A DNA stretch of 64,000 nucleotides from Patescibacteria group bacterium (GCA_041659905.1 JBAZXK010000002.1:128593-192592), one strand, 5' to 3'; positions 48,574 to 57,789 are shown, numbered from the stretch's first letter. Numbers and translations are program-made. The notes: generated from the sequence alone by a model not told the origin.

Positions 48574-48981
48574 ATGCGCGTCTTAAGTATAGATTTAGGT
48601 AGAAAAAGAATTGGGGTGGCCTTGGGCGATACGGAAAATTATGTCGTTGTGGGTTTGCCGACACTGACCAACAATAAAGATTTATTGGATAAGCTAAAAG
48701 AAATTATCGTGCGAGAAAATATTCAAAAGTTAATCATCGGCTGGCCAAAAACTATGAGCGGACAAAACGGCGAACAAACTAATTACACGCAGCAATGGGG
48801 CGATCGGATCAAACGTATTTTGCATATCGATGTGGAATATATTGATGAAAGATTGAGCAGTAAAATGGCGCGCGATAGCTTGGAGAGTCTCGGCGGCAGT
48901 TTGAAGAAAGAGGATATTGACCAAGCCGCGGCTGTGTTGATTTTGCAGGGTTACCTCGACCGGCCCAAAAACTCGATTTGA
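48574..48981 (+). CDS. ruvX: YqgF/RuvX-family nuclease
   Basis: IDLGRKRIGVA, IGWP, DERLSS and DQAAAVLILQGYL motifs. Confidence 0.93.
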   Translation: MRVLSIDLGRKRIGVALGDTENYVVVGLPTLTNNKDLLDKLKEIIVRENIQKLIIGWPKTMSGQNGEQTNYTQQWGDRIKRILHIDVEYIDERLSSKMARDSLESLGGSLKKEDIDQAAAVLILQGYLDRPKNSI

Positions 48982-49033
48982 CAGCCTTGGGAGAGTGTTT
49001 TAAAATCAAGGTAGTTATCCAAAGGGAGGTAAA

Positions 49034-49306
49034 ATGAATAAGTCGCAGATAGTTGAATTGATCGCCCGTAAAGCCAATGTGTCCAAAAAAACTGCCACGC
49101 AAACGATGGACATTTTTGTGAATGCCGTCAAAAGTAATTTGGCAGCCGGTAAGAGTGTGACCATCACCGGTTTCGGGACTTTCAGTGTTAGTGCTCGTGC
49201 GGCTCGCAATGGGGTCAATCCCCAGACTGGGAAGCCTATCAGAATCCCACAGTCCCGGGTGCCTCGCTTCAAGTCGGGCAAATCATTGCGGTCACTGATC
49301 CACTAA
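49034..49306 (+). CDS. hup: DNA-binding protein HU
   Basis: GFGTFSV..RAARNGVNPQTG..PRFKSG; promoter TTGACA-17-TAAAAT at 48978-49006 and GGAGG RBS. Confidence 0.95.
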   Translation: MNKSQIVELIARKANVSKKTATQTMDIFVNAVKSNLAAGKSVTITGFGTFSVSARAARNGVNPQTGKPIRIPQSRVPRFKSGKSLRSLIH

Positions 49307-49404
49307 TCAAGCTTGGGTAACACCCTATAAAAGACTAATCGCGGGTGCCGGTTTTGGCTCCCTCGAGGTTTTCCTGTAAAGTTAATATTGTAATGCCGAA
49401 CGAT

Positions 49405-49478
49405 GCGGGTATCGTATAGTGGCAATACCCCAGTTTTCCAAACTGGCGCCGGGGGTCCGATTCCCCCTACCCGCTCCA
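49405..49478 (+). tRNA. tRNA-Gly(TCC)
   Basis: GCGGGTA/TACCCGC acceptor stem, CCAGT-TTTCCAA-ACTGG anticodon arm, encoded CCA. Confidence 0.92.
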
Positions 49479-49639
49479 GCGTCGCGGTGGACTCCGCTTT
49501 ATCGCCTCACTATGCGTAAGGCTCATAAACGCTTTGTCACCACTCCTCTCCAAATTACAAACAGGTCTGCGACCTTCAGTTTGCGATTTGGGTGGGGAAA
49601 GAGATAGCGCACCGGTTTAGGCCAGTTTAATTAAAATTC

Positions 49640-50137
49640 ATGGTTGATCCTAATACTATTCATGATCGGTTAATTAACCTGCTTGATATCAATCAGGTCG
49701 AGTACAAACTCTTTAACCATCCGGCAGCATTGACTTATGAAGATTTAGCTGCAGTCCAGAAATCAACTGGTTTCTTTGGGACCGAGGCCAAATGTATGGT
49801 ATTAAAGGTAAGCGATAAGTTTATCGTCTATATCACATTGCAAGGCAGTCGGGTTAATTTCAACGCCGTGAAGACAGAATTAGGAGGAGCTAAAGTTCGG
49901 CTGGCCACTGCCGAGGAATTAGCCGAATATTTTGGTGCCCAACCCGGTTGTGCTTACCCATTTGCTTTTGACTCCCAATACGACATTTATGTAGATCCTA
50001 AGATATACGAGCAGGAATGGCTCTTATTTAGTCCCGTTTTACCTACCGAGACAATCCAAGCTAAAGGAGAAGATCTAAGGAGAGTATGGGCCTCTCTAGA
50101 TAATCAGGTCTCGGAAGTAATAAATTTCAATCAGTAA
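49640..50137 (+). CDS. YbaK/ProX-family aminoacyl-tRNA deacylase
   Basis: HPAALT, EAKCMVLK, RLATAEE and PGCAYPF motifs. Confidence 0.85.
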   Translation: MVDPNTIHDRLINLLDINQVEYKLFNHPAALTYEDLAAVQKSTGFFGTEAKCMVLKVSDKFIVYITLQGSRVNFNAVKTELGGAKVRLATAEELAEYFGAQPGCAYPFAFDSQYDIYVDPKIYEQEWLLFSPVLPTETIQAKGEDLRRVWASLDNQVSEVINFNQ

Positions 50138-50288
50138 CCATATCAGTCAAAAACTTGGGGATAAGTGATTAGGTTAAATCTGGGGTTTATTACGCCTAGA
50201 GCTGACTTTTAATTATTGACAGTCCCGTTTTTTTATGATATAATAGTTATTAACAGGCAAGCCAAATAAAAATCAAAAAACAAACCAA

Positions 50289-50651
50289 ATGATGTTTAAT
50301 AAGCTAAAACGAGTTCTGCTTGAGTCGGGCTATCGGGTAATCCTGACGAGCAATGTCTCTCAAAGTCCGAAAAAGGGCTTTGCCCGGGGCATCAAGGGTT
50401 ATATCGTACCGGATGACCTGACGATTTACATCAATAAGAATATTGGAGTAAATGATCGGGTGATTACTTTGGTACACGAATTATTGCACGAGATTTACCC
50501 AGCTTGGACAGAAGGCAAAGTTAATCAAACCTCTAAAAGAATTTTTCAAAAGCTAACTGTTCCCCAACTGGGTTTCCTCCAGTTTTTTATCATGGTGCCA
50601 ACCGAAATTAGAGCAATGCTCCGTTCCAACAACCTGTCTTCTGTCTGCTAA
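50289..50651 (+). CDS. Small HEXXH zincin-like protein
   Basis: TIYIN...TLVHELLHE; consensus promoter TTGACA-17-TATAAT at 50216-50244. Confidence 0.75.
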   Translation: MMFNKLKRVLLESGYRVILTSNVSQSPKKGFARGIKGYIVPDDLTIYINKNIGVNDRVITLVHELLHEIYPAWTEGKVNQTSKRIFQKLTVPQLGFLQFFIMVPTEIRAMLRSNNLSSVC

Positions 50652-50717
50652 AACAATATACTCAAAATGGTGGATGAGCTCTGGCGCCGTGGACAGAGCT
50701 TTTTTATTTTTTCCAAT

Positions 50718-50822
50718 CGTCATTCCGGTAAGTCCGCTTTGCGGACGCATCCAGAATCGTATAATAATAAATCTATACGATCCTGGACGAAGCCAGCCTG
50801 CCTGCCGGTAGGCAGGGACGAC
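50718..50822. repeat. GTCA-type REP doublet with nested 20-mer (50797-50816)
   Basis: Same layout as 21155-21235 with CCTGCCTGCCGGTAGGCAGG inserted in the right arm. Confidence 0.85.
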
Positions 50823-50883
50823 AATATAAGGAAAACATTGTCGCTTAAGGTATATTGATATTAGTTGAAAAATTGATTATTGT

Positions 50884-50958
50884 GCCCCTGTAGTTCAATG
50901 GACAGAACAAGAGACTTCTAATCTCTCGATCGAGGTTCGATCCCTCGCGGGGGCGCCA
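50884..50958 (+). tRNA. tRNA-Arg(TCT)
   Basis: AGAGA-CTTCTAA-TCTCT anticodon arm, GGTTCGA T-loop, CCA. Confidence 0.93.
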
Positions 50959-51018
50959 TCCCAGTCCCGTGTTGTATAACACAGGACGGGATGAGTCCTG
51001 CATCGCATGGTGCAGGGC
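50957..51018. repeat. Two palindromes in the tRNA-Arg/His spacer
   Basis: CATCCC-AGTCCCGTGTT-GTAT-AACACAGGAC-GGGATG and GTCCTGCATC-GCAT-GGTGCAGGGC. Confidence 0.6.
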
Positions 51019-51035
51019 CAGGCGTGAATTAACAT

Positions 51036-51111
51036 GGTGGGCGTAGCTCAACGGCAGAGCATCTGTTTGTGGAACAGATGGTTATGGGTTCGAATCCCAT
51101 CGTCCACCCCA
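51036..51111 (+). tRNA. tRNA-His(GTG)
   Basis: G-1 present, TCTGT-TTGTGGA-ACAGA anticodon arm, GGTTCGAATCC, CCA. Confidence 0.93.
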
Positions 51112-51121
51112 CAAAAATTTT

Positions 51122-51613
51122 ATGGATATACGGATTAGACTAATTGAAGAAGCTGAATTAGAGTCTGTCAGCCAAGTCTTTACCGAAGCATTTAATAATG
51201 CCGGCGTCGGAGAGAACTGGAGTGTAGAGCGGGCTATCAAGTATTTAAGATATTTATATCAACATCAGCCTGATCTGTTTTTTATTGCGGAAGCCGAAGG
51301 AGAAATTGTGGGGGGTGTAGCCGGAGTGATCAGGACATGGGGAACCGGTAATTATTTGGGTGAGTGGGAATTATTTGTGAAGCCGGAATATCAGAAACAA
51401 GGGATAGCTGCCAAACTGCTAACTAATATTGTGCGCAGTGCTATTGATAACCACGCCATAACCATGTTTAGTGGATTAGCTTTTAGCGGCAAGGCATTTC
51501 CGATGGAGTGGTACAAACAGATAGGTTTTCATCCCTCCGGCTGGGTGCATATCGAAGCTGATGCGAAAGAGCTGTTAAGTAATCTTATTGCTGATCATGG
51601 CCAAAATCAATAA
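51122..51613 (+). CDS. GNAT-family N-acetyltransferase
   Basis: LFVKPEYQKQGIAAKLL acetyl-CoA motif and WYKQIGF. Confidence 0.88.
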   Translation: MDIRIRLIEEAELESVSQVFTEAFNNAGVGENWSVERAIKYLRYLYQHQPDLFFIAEAEGEIVGGVAGVIRTWGTGNYLGEWELFVKPEYQKQGIAAKLLTNIVRSAIDNHAITMFSGLAFSGKAFPMEWYKQIGFHPSGWVHIEADAKELLSNLIADHGQNQ

Positions 51614-52001
51614 ATCTAAATTCAGCGAAGCGGTGCATAAATTGGTTAGAGCTATTCCGCAAGGCAAGGTGATGACTTACGGACAGGTGGCGGCGTGTTT
51701 GGGGTACCCCCGAGCGGCCCAGTATGTCGGCTGGGTGCTACATTGGTCGGATTTTAATGATGTCCCCTACCAGCGGGTGGTGAATCGGTTTGGCGGGCTG
51801 GCTTCTGGCTATACACGCGGCGGACAGCTGGCCCACAAATTTGATTTAGAAGAAGAAGAAGGGATTAAAGTGCGCGATGATTTTACGATTGATTTGGAAA
51901 AGTACCTGTGGCAGCCGCCGCAGAAGCTGATTCCCAGACTAGATAATGTTACACTATTGGAGGAGCTGCCTTTCTCTGCTAGATTAGTTGGGAAACAGTA
52001 A
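51597..52001 (+). CDS. Alkyltransferase-like (ATL/MGMT-family) protein
   Basis: IPQGKVMTYGQVA..RAAQYVG; PYQRVVN replaces the catalytic PCHRVV. Confidence 0.88.
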   Translation: MAKINKSKFSEAVHKLVRAIPQGKVMTYGQVAACLGYPRAAQYVGWVLHWSDFNDVPYQRVVNRFGGLASGYTRGGQLAHKFDLEEEEGIKVRDDFTIDLEKYLWQPPQKLIPRLDNVTLLEELPFSARLVGKQ

Positions 52002-52071
52002 CTTTTAGTAATTGGTCAATTGAGAATTGGGAATGGGTTAAATTAGGTAATTACGCCGTTAGGCGTTATAT

Positions 52072-52146
52072 GCCCTCGTAGTTCAATGGACAGAACGTAG
52101 GATTCCGGATCCTAAGGTGTAGGTTCGATTCCTACCGAGGGTACCA
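52072..52146 (+). tRNA. tRNA-Arg(CCG)
   Basis: TAGGA-TTCCGGA-TCCTA anticodon arm, GGTTCGATTCC, CCA. Confidence 0.93.
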
Positions 52147-52213
52147 AGTTTGATAAGAGTTCACCTGTGAGCGAAACCATAAAAGGATTGCCCAAGTTTT
52201 TAAAGTCTCTGTT

Positions 52214-53290
52214 ATGAATGATCAGAAAGTTGTTCTAGAAAAAACTTTTTCTAGAAAGTATAACCTATTCGGAGGTTATATGTGGTATCAGGCCGACTGT
52301 GTGCAAAATGAATATATTCTGGGATTTGATTTAAATCACTCTTTAACTATTTTTCCAAAAGAGGGACCCACGACGTGCTGGTACTATACCGATGAAATTG
52401 CGCATGCTATAGAGCTGATTGTTGCCAAATCAAATTCCGATCCCCTGTTTTGGGAGAACGTCAAAAAAGACTTCTATTTTTACTGGAATAAGATTCTTCC
52501 TTATTTAAAAAAAGACAAAACCATCCAAAACCTAGAAGAACTCAAAAATTATTACTCCACAGCAATTAAATTTTATGGTCCAGATAGTATAGTCATTGTT
52601 TCTCCGGGTGCAGCTGCTCTAGGGGATAATTTTAAAGAAATTGCCCAAAGCTTGAGAAATGAATCACATTATTTTGTGAATAACGTCCCTGATGTTTATG
52701 CAGATTATTTTTGTTCGGCTTATCCTCAATACAAAAAGATTGTAGATGTTTTATTGCCAGAAGAGGTGTTTAACATAGACAAAATTACTCCTGAAATTAT
52801 TGCCGAAGCTGAGAAACGAGCCCAAGAAGGATGTTTTTTGCTAAATGGAAGGCCGTATTGCCTATCAGAATTGAATCAAGTATTAGCAACGAATGGGTAT
52901 GAGTTAAAGGATCCTAGCCAAATTTCTGAGGCGGATCAACGATCTAGTCTGGCGATTAAAGGAGTAGTCGCTCATCCAGGAATCGTTACGGGGCGCGTAT
53001 CTAAAGTAATGTATTACCAAGACATCGGTAAGGTAAAGGAAGGTGATATTTTAGTATCCCCAATGACTATGCCTAAATTCTTACCGGCTATGAGAAAAGC
53101 CGCTGCTTTTATTACTGATGAAGGAGGTATCACTTGCCATGCAGCTATAATCGCTCGGGAACTAAGCAAGCCCTGCATAATAGGTACTAAAGTTGCTACT
53201 AGCCTTTTAGAAGATGGGGATCTAGTTAAAGTCGATGCGGTCAAGGGGGAAGTGATAATAATCGAAAAGACTCACGTTGAGATCAGTTAA
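52214..53290 (+). CDS. PEP-utilising enzyme mobile (phospho-His) domain protein
   Basis: C-terminal GDILVSPMT..TDEGGITCHAAIIARELSKPCIIG; N-terminal region not recognised. Confidence 0.85.
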   Translation: MNDQKVVLEKTFSRKYNLFGGYMWYQADCVQNEYILGFDLNHSLTIFPKEGPTTCWYYTDEIAHAIELIVAKSNSDPLFWENVKKDFYFYWNKILPYLKKDKTIQNLEELKNYYSTAIKFYGPDSIVIVSPGAAALGDNFKEIAQSLRNESHYFVNNVPDVYADYFCSAYPQYKKIVDVLLPEEVFNIDKITPEIIAEAEKRAQEGCFLLNGRPYCLSELNQVLATNGYELKDPSQISEADQRSSLAIKGVVAHPGIVTGRVSKVMYYQDIGKVKEGDILVSPMTMPKFLPAMRKAAAFITDEGGITCHAAIIARELSKPCIIGTKVATSLLEDGDLVKVDAVKGEVIIIEKTHVEIS

Positions 53291-53425
53291 ACCGACAGAT
53301 GGCAGCATAGATTAACAGAAAAAATTCTGTTGGGTTATTATTAGCTGGCTACAGTGGACAACAGGTGGTCAAAAAGCTACAATTCACAAGTAGAAAGACA
53401 TTAGCATCAACTTCTAGAAGTATCT

Positions 53426-53500
53426 GGGTTGTTAGCTCAATGGTAGAGCAGCTGCCTCTTAAGCAGTTGGTTACAGGTTCGAATCCTGTACAGCCCACCA
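53426..53500 (+). tRNA. tRNA-Lys(CTT)
   Basis: GCTGC-CTCTTAA-GCAGT anticodon arm, GGTTCGAATCC, CCA. Confidence 0.93.
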
Positions 53501-53501
53501 C

Positions 53502-53576
53502 GGCGCCATCGTCTAGAGGTTAGGACGCCAGGTTTTCATCCTGGTAACCGGGGTTCGATTCCCCGTGGCGCTACCA
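53502..53576 (+). tRNA. tRNA-Glu(TTC)
   Basis: CCAGG-TTTTCAT-CCTGG anticodon arm, GGTTCGATTCC, CCA. Confidence 0.93.
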
Positions 53577-53627
53577 AAAAACTGGTATTCATGATCTATG
53601 GATAACAGTTTTTTGGTAATGTTATTT

Positions 53628-53789
53628 GGGGAGTCGAACCGTGGGAAAGGGGTCGGGAAAACGGGAGTTTTCCCGCAGTGGAGGCAGACCGCTTACAAAG
53701 CGGTCGTCGGAACCGCAAGGGTCCGAGGAGCCCCGATCTAACATCGGGGCGACGGGTTCTAGCGTAGCGGATTCCCCGTGGCGCTACCA
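53628..53789. repeat. tRNA-Glu-linked hairpin element ending in a 20-bp copy of the tRNA 3' end
   Basis: GATTCCCCGTGGCGCTACCA at 53557-53576 and 53770-53789; inverted T-arm copy at 53628-53640. Confidence 0.85.
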
Positions 53790-53940
53790 TAGTTCGATAA
53801 GCTCACATTCCTATGGTGGTTTTGTTGAACCGGTAATGCACGGAGAGTATTAATGCATTGCCTAAAGTTTTATAGAAAGAAAATAGCTCATCACCCATTC
53901 AGGCAAGGAGCTATTTTTTCGCTTAAATTGCAAGGAAGAG

Positions 53941-54687
53941 CTAGTCGTAGCCTACGAAGCTCAGCTGAAGGGATATCTCGAGCTTGTTGCCTGGCTTCAG
54001 GAATTTGCCCTTATCTGCGTCCTGATACCTATCAGGGGACTGAAGAACCGGTTCCACGCAGAAGTACTTGGTTGGTTCGTCACTCCAGAGAGTAAGGATC
54101 GAGTCTGTGTCAAACGATCCCAAAAGTTCCATACGAACCGTTTTCTCGCCAGACCTAATCAGGATCGGATCTGCTGCTGGAATTCTGGCCGACTTCAAAG
54201 GAAATTCGCTAATTACCTTTTCGCCGACCCGTGCAAGGGAGTGCGCAACTGCATATGCGCGTGGATCACTGATGAAATAGGGATGAAACCCTGGGTTTAC
54301 TGGAGTGTCGTAGTGCTCGCCATCGTCTATCCTTTCTACCTCCAAATTGATTGTCAGGGCATCCTCGGACCGCATCAAGATGCTAACCCTATATTTCAGT
54401 AACCATTCGAACGACGTTGTCTTCTCGTTCTGACCAACGAGCACGACGTGGTCTTCCTCCTGTTTAGCCACCTCCAGTGTCTGATGTCTGAGCCAGCCGT
54501 GTTTGGGGATGGTTTCGAAGGGGCTAGACCCAAAAAATGGGAAAGTTATCGGAATGCCGCCTCGAGACTTATCTCCCATCTTCTGCTCTGGAAAAATAAG
54601 ATCTTTTCCATTATGTACCCATCGCACGACGGTTCCTCCAACTTCAGAAACGATTGCGCAGGAATCTTTGCTGCCGATACGAATCAT
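53941..54687 (-). CDS. Aldose 1-epimerase/galactose mutarotase-like protein
   Basis: RGGIPITFPFFG, HGWLR, GFHPYF and FCVEP motifs. Confidence 0.88.
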   Translation of the reverse strand: MIRIGSKDSCAIVSEVGGTVVRWVHNGKDLIFPEQKMGDKSRGGIPITFPFFGSSPFETIPKHGWLRHQTLEVAKQEEDHVVLVGQNEKTTSFEWLLKYRVSILMRSEDALTINLEVERIDDGEHYDTPVNPGFHPYFISDPRAYAVAHSLARVGEKVISEFPLKSARIPAADPILIRSGEKTVRMELLGSFDTDSILTLWSDEPTKYFCVEPVLQSPDRYQDADKGKFLKPGNKLEISLQLSFVGYD

Positions 54688-55038
54688 GACTAAATCCTCC
54701 TTAAAAGGGCATGATTTTTCGAATAGGCACTTGCCCAGTTCGATATTAGAGAGTACTTCAAAACACGAAAAAAGTAAATCGTTTATTCAAAGCCACATTT
54801 TTCTTATACAAAAACCAGGCTTGATAGAGCCTTGTTGTGAATTTATATGCCGAGAAAGAATCGAACCCATAAAAGCGTCTTGAGGACTTTTTTAGTGGCT
54901 TCGAACCTGCTGGGCCCCTAACCTGCTGACCTGCTATGAAAATAGTTGACAGCAAAAAATACTATGCTAAATTAGCGTTATGCCTAAAAATTGTTTAGGT
55001 GATTATATCAAGAACTTTATTAATAAATCGGAGGAAAA

Positions 55039-55230
55039 ATGAACGACGATTTTGATATGACCGGCGGTGTTGTGCCGGCAGATGATGAGGAGAAGGATTT
55101 GGAAGAAGAAGGCGTAAAGCCTGAAGTAAAGGAAGATGAAGACGAGTGGGACGATGAGGAAGAAGAGGTTAGTGTAGAGGATGAAGCTGAGAAGGAAAAA
55201 GAAGAAGATAAAGAAGAACCAGAGTTTTAA
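55039..55230 (+). CDS. Very acidic small protein
   Basis: GGAGG RBS, promoter TTGACA-16-TAAATT (54946-54973), hairpin at 55262-55290. Confidence 0.75.
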   Translation: MNDDFDMTGGVVPADDEEKDLEEEGVKPEVKEDEDEWDDEEEEVSVEDEAEKEKEEDKEEPEF

Positions 55231-55337
55231 TTAAACAGTCAGTTTATTAGGTATTATCAATGGCGCCTCGATGGATATCGGGGTGCTTTTGTATGTAAAA
55301 CGGGTGCTATACTAAAAAGAGCTAAAATGTTCTAAAT

Positions 55338-56267
55338 ATGACCTACGACGTAATTATTATTGGGACAGGCCCGGCTGGCTTAACGGGGGCGTTGTATACA
55401 TGCCGGAGGTCTTTAAAGACTCTCGTTATCGGACAAACTATGGGCGGGCAAGCAATTCTGCCGGCTTGTGTAGAAAATTATCCTGGTTTTGGCAAAACTG
55501 ACGGTTTAACATTAGTTAAAGAATGGCAAACTCAAACTCTGTCAGCTGGGGCAGAAATCAAAACCGGGTTAGTCACAGAAATTAAAAAAGACGACGATAG
55601 TTTTGAGGTGGAGTTAGAAGACGGTACGGAATATAAAGCCAAGGCGGTGATTTTGGCTATGGGGCGGACTCCGCGCAAATTAAATGTGCCAGGAGAAACT
55701 GAATTTACAGGCAAAGGAGTAGCTTATTGTGCTACTTGTGATGCTCCCCTTTTTGCTGGTCGTGATGTAGCGGTAGTCGGTGGCGGTAATGCGGCAGTGG
55801 ATGCGGCAATACTACTATCAGGCGTAGCCAAAAAGGTTTATTTAATACATCGCAATGATCAATTTAAAGCCGAAGCAGCTTTGTTGCATAAATTAGCAAC
55901 ACTAACTAATATTGAAAAGATTTTGCATACCGAAGTCGAAGAGATCAAAGGCAGTAGTTTTGTTGAACAAGTCAAAATCAATCAAATTTCAGATGGAACC
56001 GAAAGAATTATCGATGTGCAGGGGGTATTTATAGAAATTGGCGGCGATGCCAATACGGGTTTCGTAAAAGGTTTGGTTAAGCTAAATGACAAGCAGGAAA
56101 TTATTATCGACGAGCATAATCAGACATCTGTAGAAGGGATATTTGCAGCCGGAGATGCAACTACAGTGCCATTCAAACAAATGATTGTCGCCGCCGGCGA
56201 AGGTGCCAAAGCAGCCTTATCGGCGTATAATTATATACAGGGCTTGGGGGAAACCGCCGCTAAATAA
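55338..56267 (+). CDS. trxB: Thioredoxin-disulfide reductase
   Basis: IIGTGPAG, CATCD, VVGGGNAA and GIFAAGD motifs. Confidence 0.92.
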   Translation: MTYDVIIIGTGPAGLTGALYTCRRSLKTLVIGQTMGGQAILPACVENYPGFGKTDGLTLVKEWQTQTLSAGAEIKTGLVTEIKKDDDSFEVELEDGTEYKAKAVILAMGRTPRKLNVPGETEFTGKGVAYCATCDAPLFAGRDVAVVGGGNAAVDAAILLSGVAKKVYLIHRNDQFKAEAALLHKLATLTNIEKILHTEVEEIKGSSFVEQVKINQISDGTERIIDVQGVFIEIGGDANTGFVKGLVKLNDKQEIIIDEHNQTSVEGIFAAGDATTVPFKQMIVAAGEGAKAALSAYNYIQGLGETAAK

Positions 56268-56272
56268 TTTAT

Positions 56273-57508
56273 ATGGAATCACCTGCCTACCAAGCTGCTT
56301 TAAAAGAAGCTGCCACCCGGATTAATTTATCCGAGGCAGATTTAGTTAAATTATCTACCCCAGAGAATATTATTTCAGTAGAAATACCCTTAGAGCTGGA
56401 TTCAGGGCAGAGATTAAATCTACCCGCTTTTAGAGTCCAGCATAACTCGGCCAGAGGGCCTTACAAAGGCGGAATTCGCTTCCACCTGGCGGTGGACGTG
56501 GAAGAAGCCAAGATATTGGCTTCGCTGATGACCTGGAAGTGTGCCGTGGCTGGCATTCCGTTTGGCGGGGGCAAGGGTGGAGTACAAGTTGACCCCAAAA
56601 AACTATCCAAAACAGAATTAGAAAGATTATCCCGGAGTTATATCCGAGCCATGTTTCCTAAAATCGGCTCTAATTTGGATGTGCCGGCACCGGATGTAAA
56701 TACGGATAGCCAAACGATGGCATGGATGGCAGATGAATATTCGCGCCTGGCCGGAGCTTGGGTGCCTGGGTTTATCACTGGCAAACCAGTGGAGCTGGGA
56801 GGCTCTCGGGGACGAGATATGGCCACATCTCTGGGCGGAAAAATTGTTTTAGATGAGATGTTGCTAAATTTGGACATTGCCCAGCCGCCTTATCTGGTAG
56901 CGATTCAAGGGATTGGCAATGTGGGAGGAGGTTTAGCTAAACTGTTGGCAAAAGATAAAAATTATCAAGTAGTGGGGCTGAGTGATTCACAAACTGCCAT
57001 TTATTCCCCTACCGGATTGGATATAGCAGCTGTGATGAAGTTTAAGCAGCAAACGGGAAGCCTAAATAATTTTCCGAATGTTAAGATTATCTCAAATGCT
57101 GAATTATTAGAATTGGATGTAAATATTTTAGTGCCAGCAGCCCTGGATAATCAAATTACCACTGCCAATGCCGATAAAATTAAAGCTAAATTGATCTTAG
57201 AGATGGCCAATAATCCTATAAGCGAAGCTGGAGATGCTATTTTAAGTTCCCGAGGAGTCACAGTCGTGCCAGATATTCTAGCTAATGCCGGCGGCGTGAC
57301 GGTGAGTTATTTTGAATGGGCACAGAATCGCTCCGGTTATTATTGGGAAGAAGTGGAGGTTAACGAAAAACTCCAAAAGATTATGCTGCAAGCCACGCGA
57401 GAGATTCTTGATGTGGCTAAAATTCAACCGGTTACTTTACGAGTAGCGGCTTTTATTTTAGCTCTCCGGAGAGTTTACGCTGCCATGCATTTGCGTGGTA
57501 AACTATAA
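56273..57508 (+). CDS. Glu/Leu/Phe/Val dehydrogenase (glutamate dehydrogenase-like)
   Basis: RGPYKGGIRF, MTWKCA, GGGKGG, VPAPDV and NAGGVTVSYFEW motifs. Confidence 0.92.
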   Translation: MESPAYQAALKEAATRINLSEADLVKLSTPENIISVEIPLELDSGQRLNLPAFRVQHNSARGPYKGGIRFHLAVDVEEAKILASLMTWKCAVAGIPFGGGKGGVQVDPKKLSKTELERLSRSYIRAMFPKIGSNLDVPAPDVNTDSQTMAWMADEYSRLAGAWVPGFITGKPVELGGSRGRDMATSLGGKIVLDEMLLNLDIAQPPYLVAIQGIGNVGGGLAKLLAKDKNYQVVGLSDSQTAIYSPTGLDIAAVMKFKQQTGSLNNFPNVKIISNAELLELDVNILVPAALDNQITTANADKIKAKLILEMANNPISEAGDAILSSRGVTVVPDILANAGGVTVSYFEWAQNRSGYYWEEVEVNEKLQKIMLQATREILDVAKIQPVTLRVAAFILALRRVYAAMHLRGKL

Positions 57509-57530
57509 ATTGGCTAATTAATTTGCAATA

Positions 57531-57788
57531 ATGGCTCGACTAAAAGAGTTCAAAATTTATTCGACTCCAACTTGCGGTTACTGCCATATGTTGAAGGATT
57601 GGCTGACTGAAAAAAAGATCCCTTTTATCAATATTGATGTAGCAGCTGATCCAACTAAAGGAGTGGAAATGATTCAGAAAACCGGGCAAATGGGGGTGCC
57701 GGTGAGTATGATTAGTTTTGAAGATGGCAAAGAAGAGATTGTTTTAGGATTTGATCAAGAGAGGATTGCGAAGATCCTTGGTTTGTAA
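57531..57788 (+). CDS. Glutaredoxin/NrdH-like redoxin
   Basis: YSTPTCGYC, GQMGVP and LGFD motifs. Confidence 0.9.
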   Translation: MARLKEFKIYSTPTCGYCHMLKDWLTEKKIPFINIDVAADPTKGVEMIQKTGQMGVPVSMISFEDGKEEIVLGFDQERIAKILGL

Positions 57789-57789
57789 A

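Noticed and set aside
53770-53789. A seventh tRNA or an intron-split tRNA-Glu
   Set aside because: Only the 3' 20 nt are repeated, and the upstream tRNA-Glu is already complete.
53596-54095. Short ORFs after tRNA-Glu
   Set aside because: They overlap the tRNA-linked hairpin element or the antisense strand of the epimerase gene.
54906-54935. Three ACCTGCT repeats upstream of the acidic-protein promoter
   Set aside because: They are short and unevenly spaced; a binding-site role is possible but not supportable.
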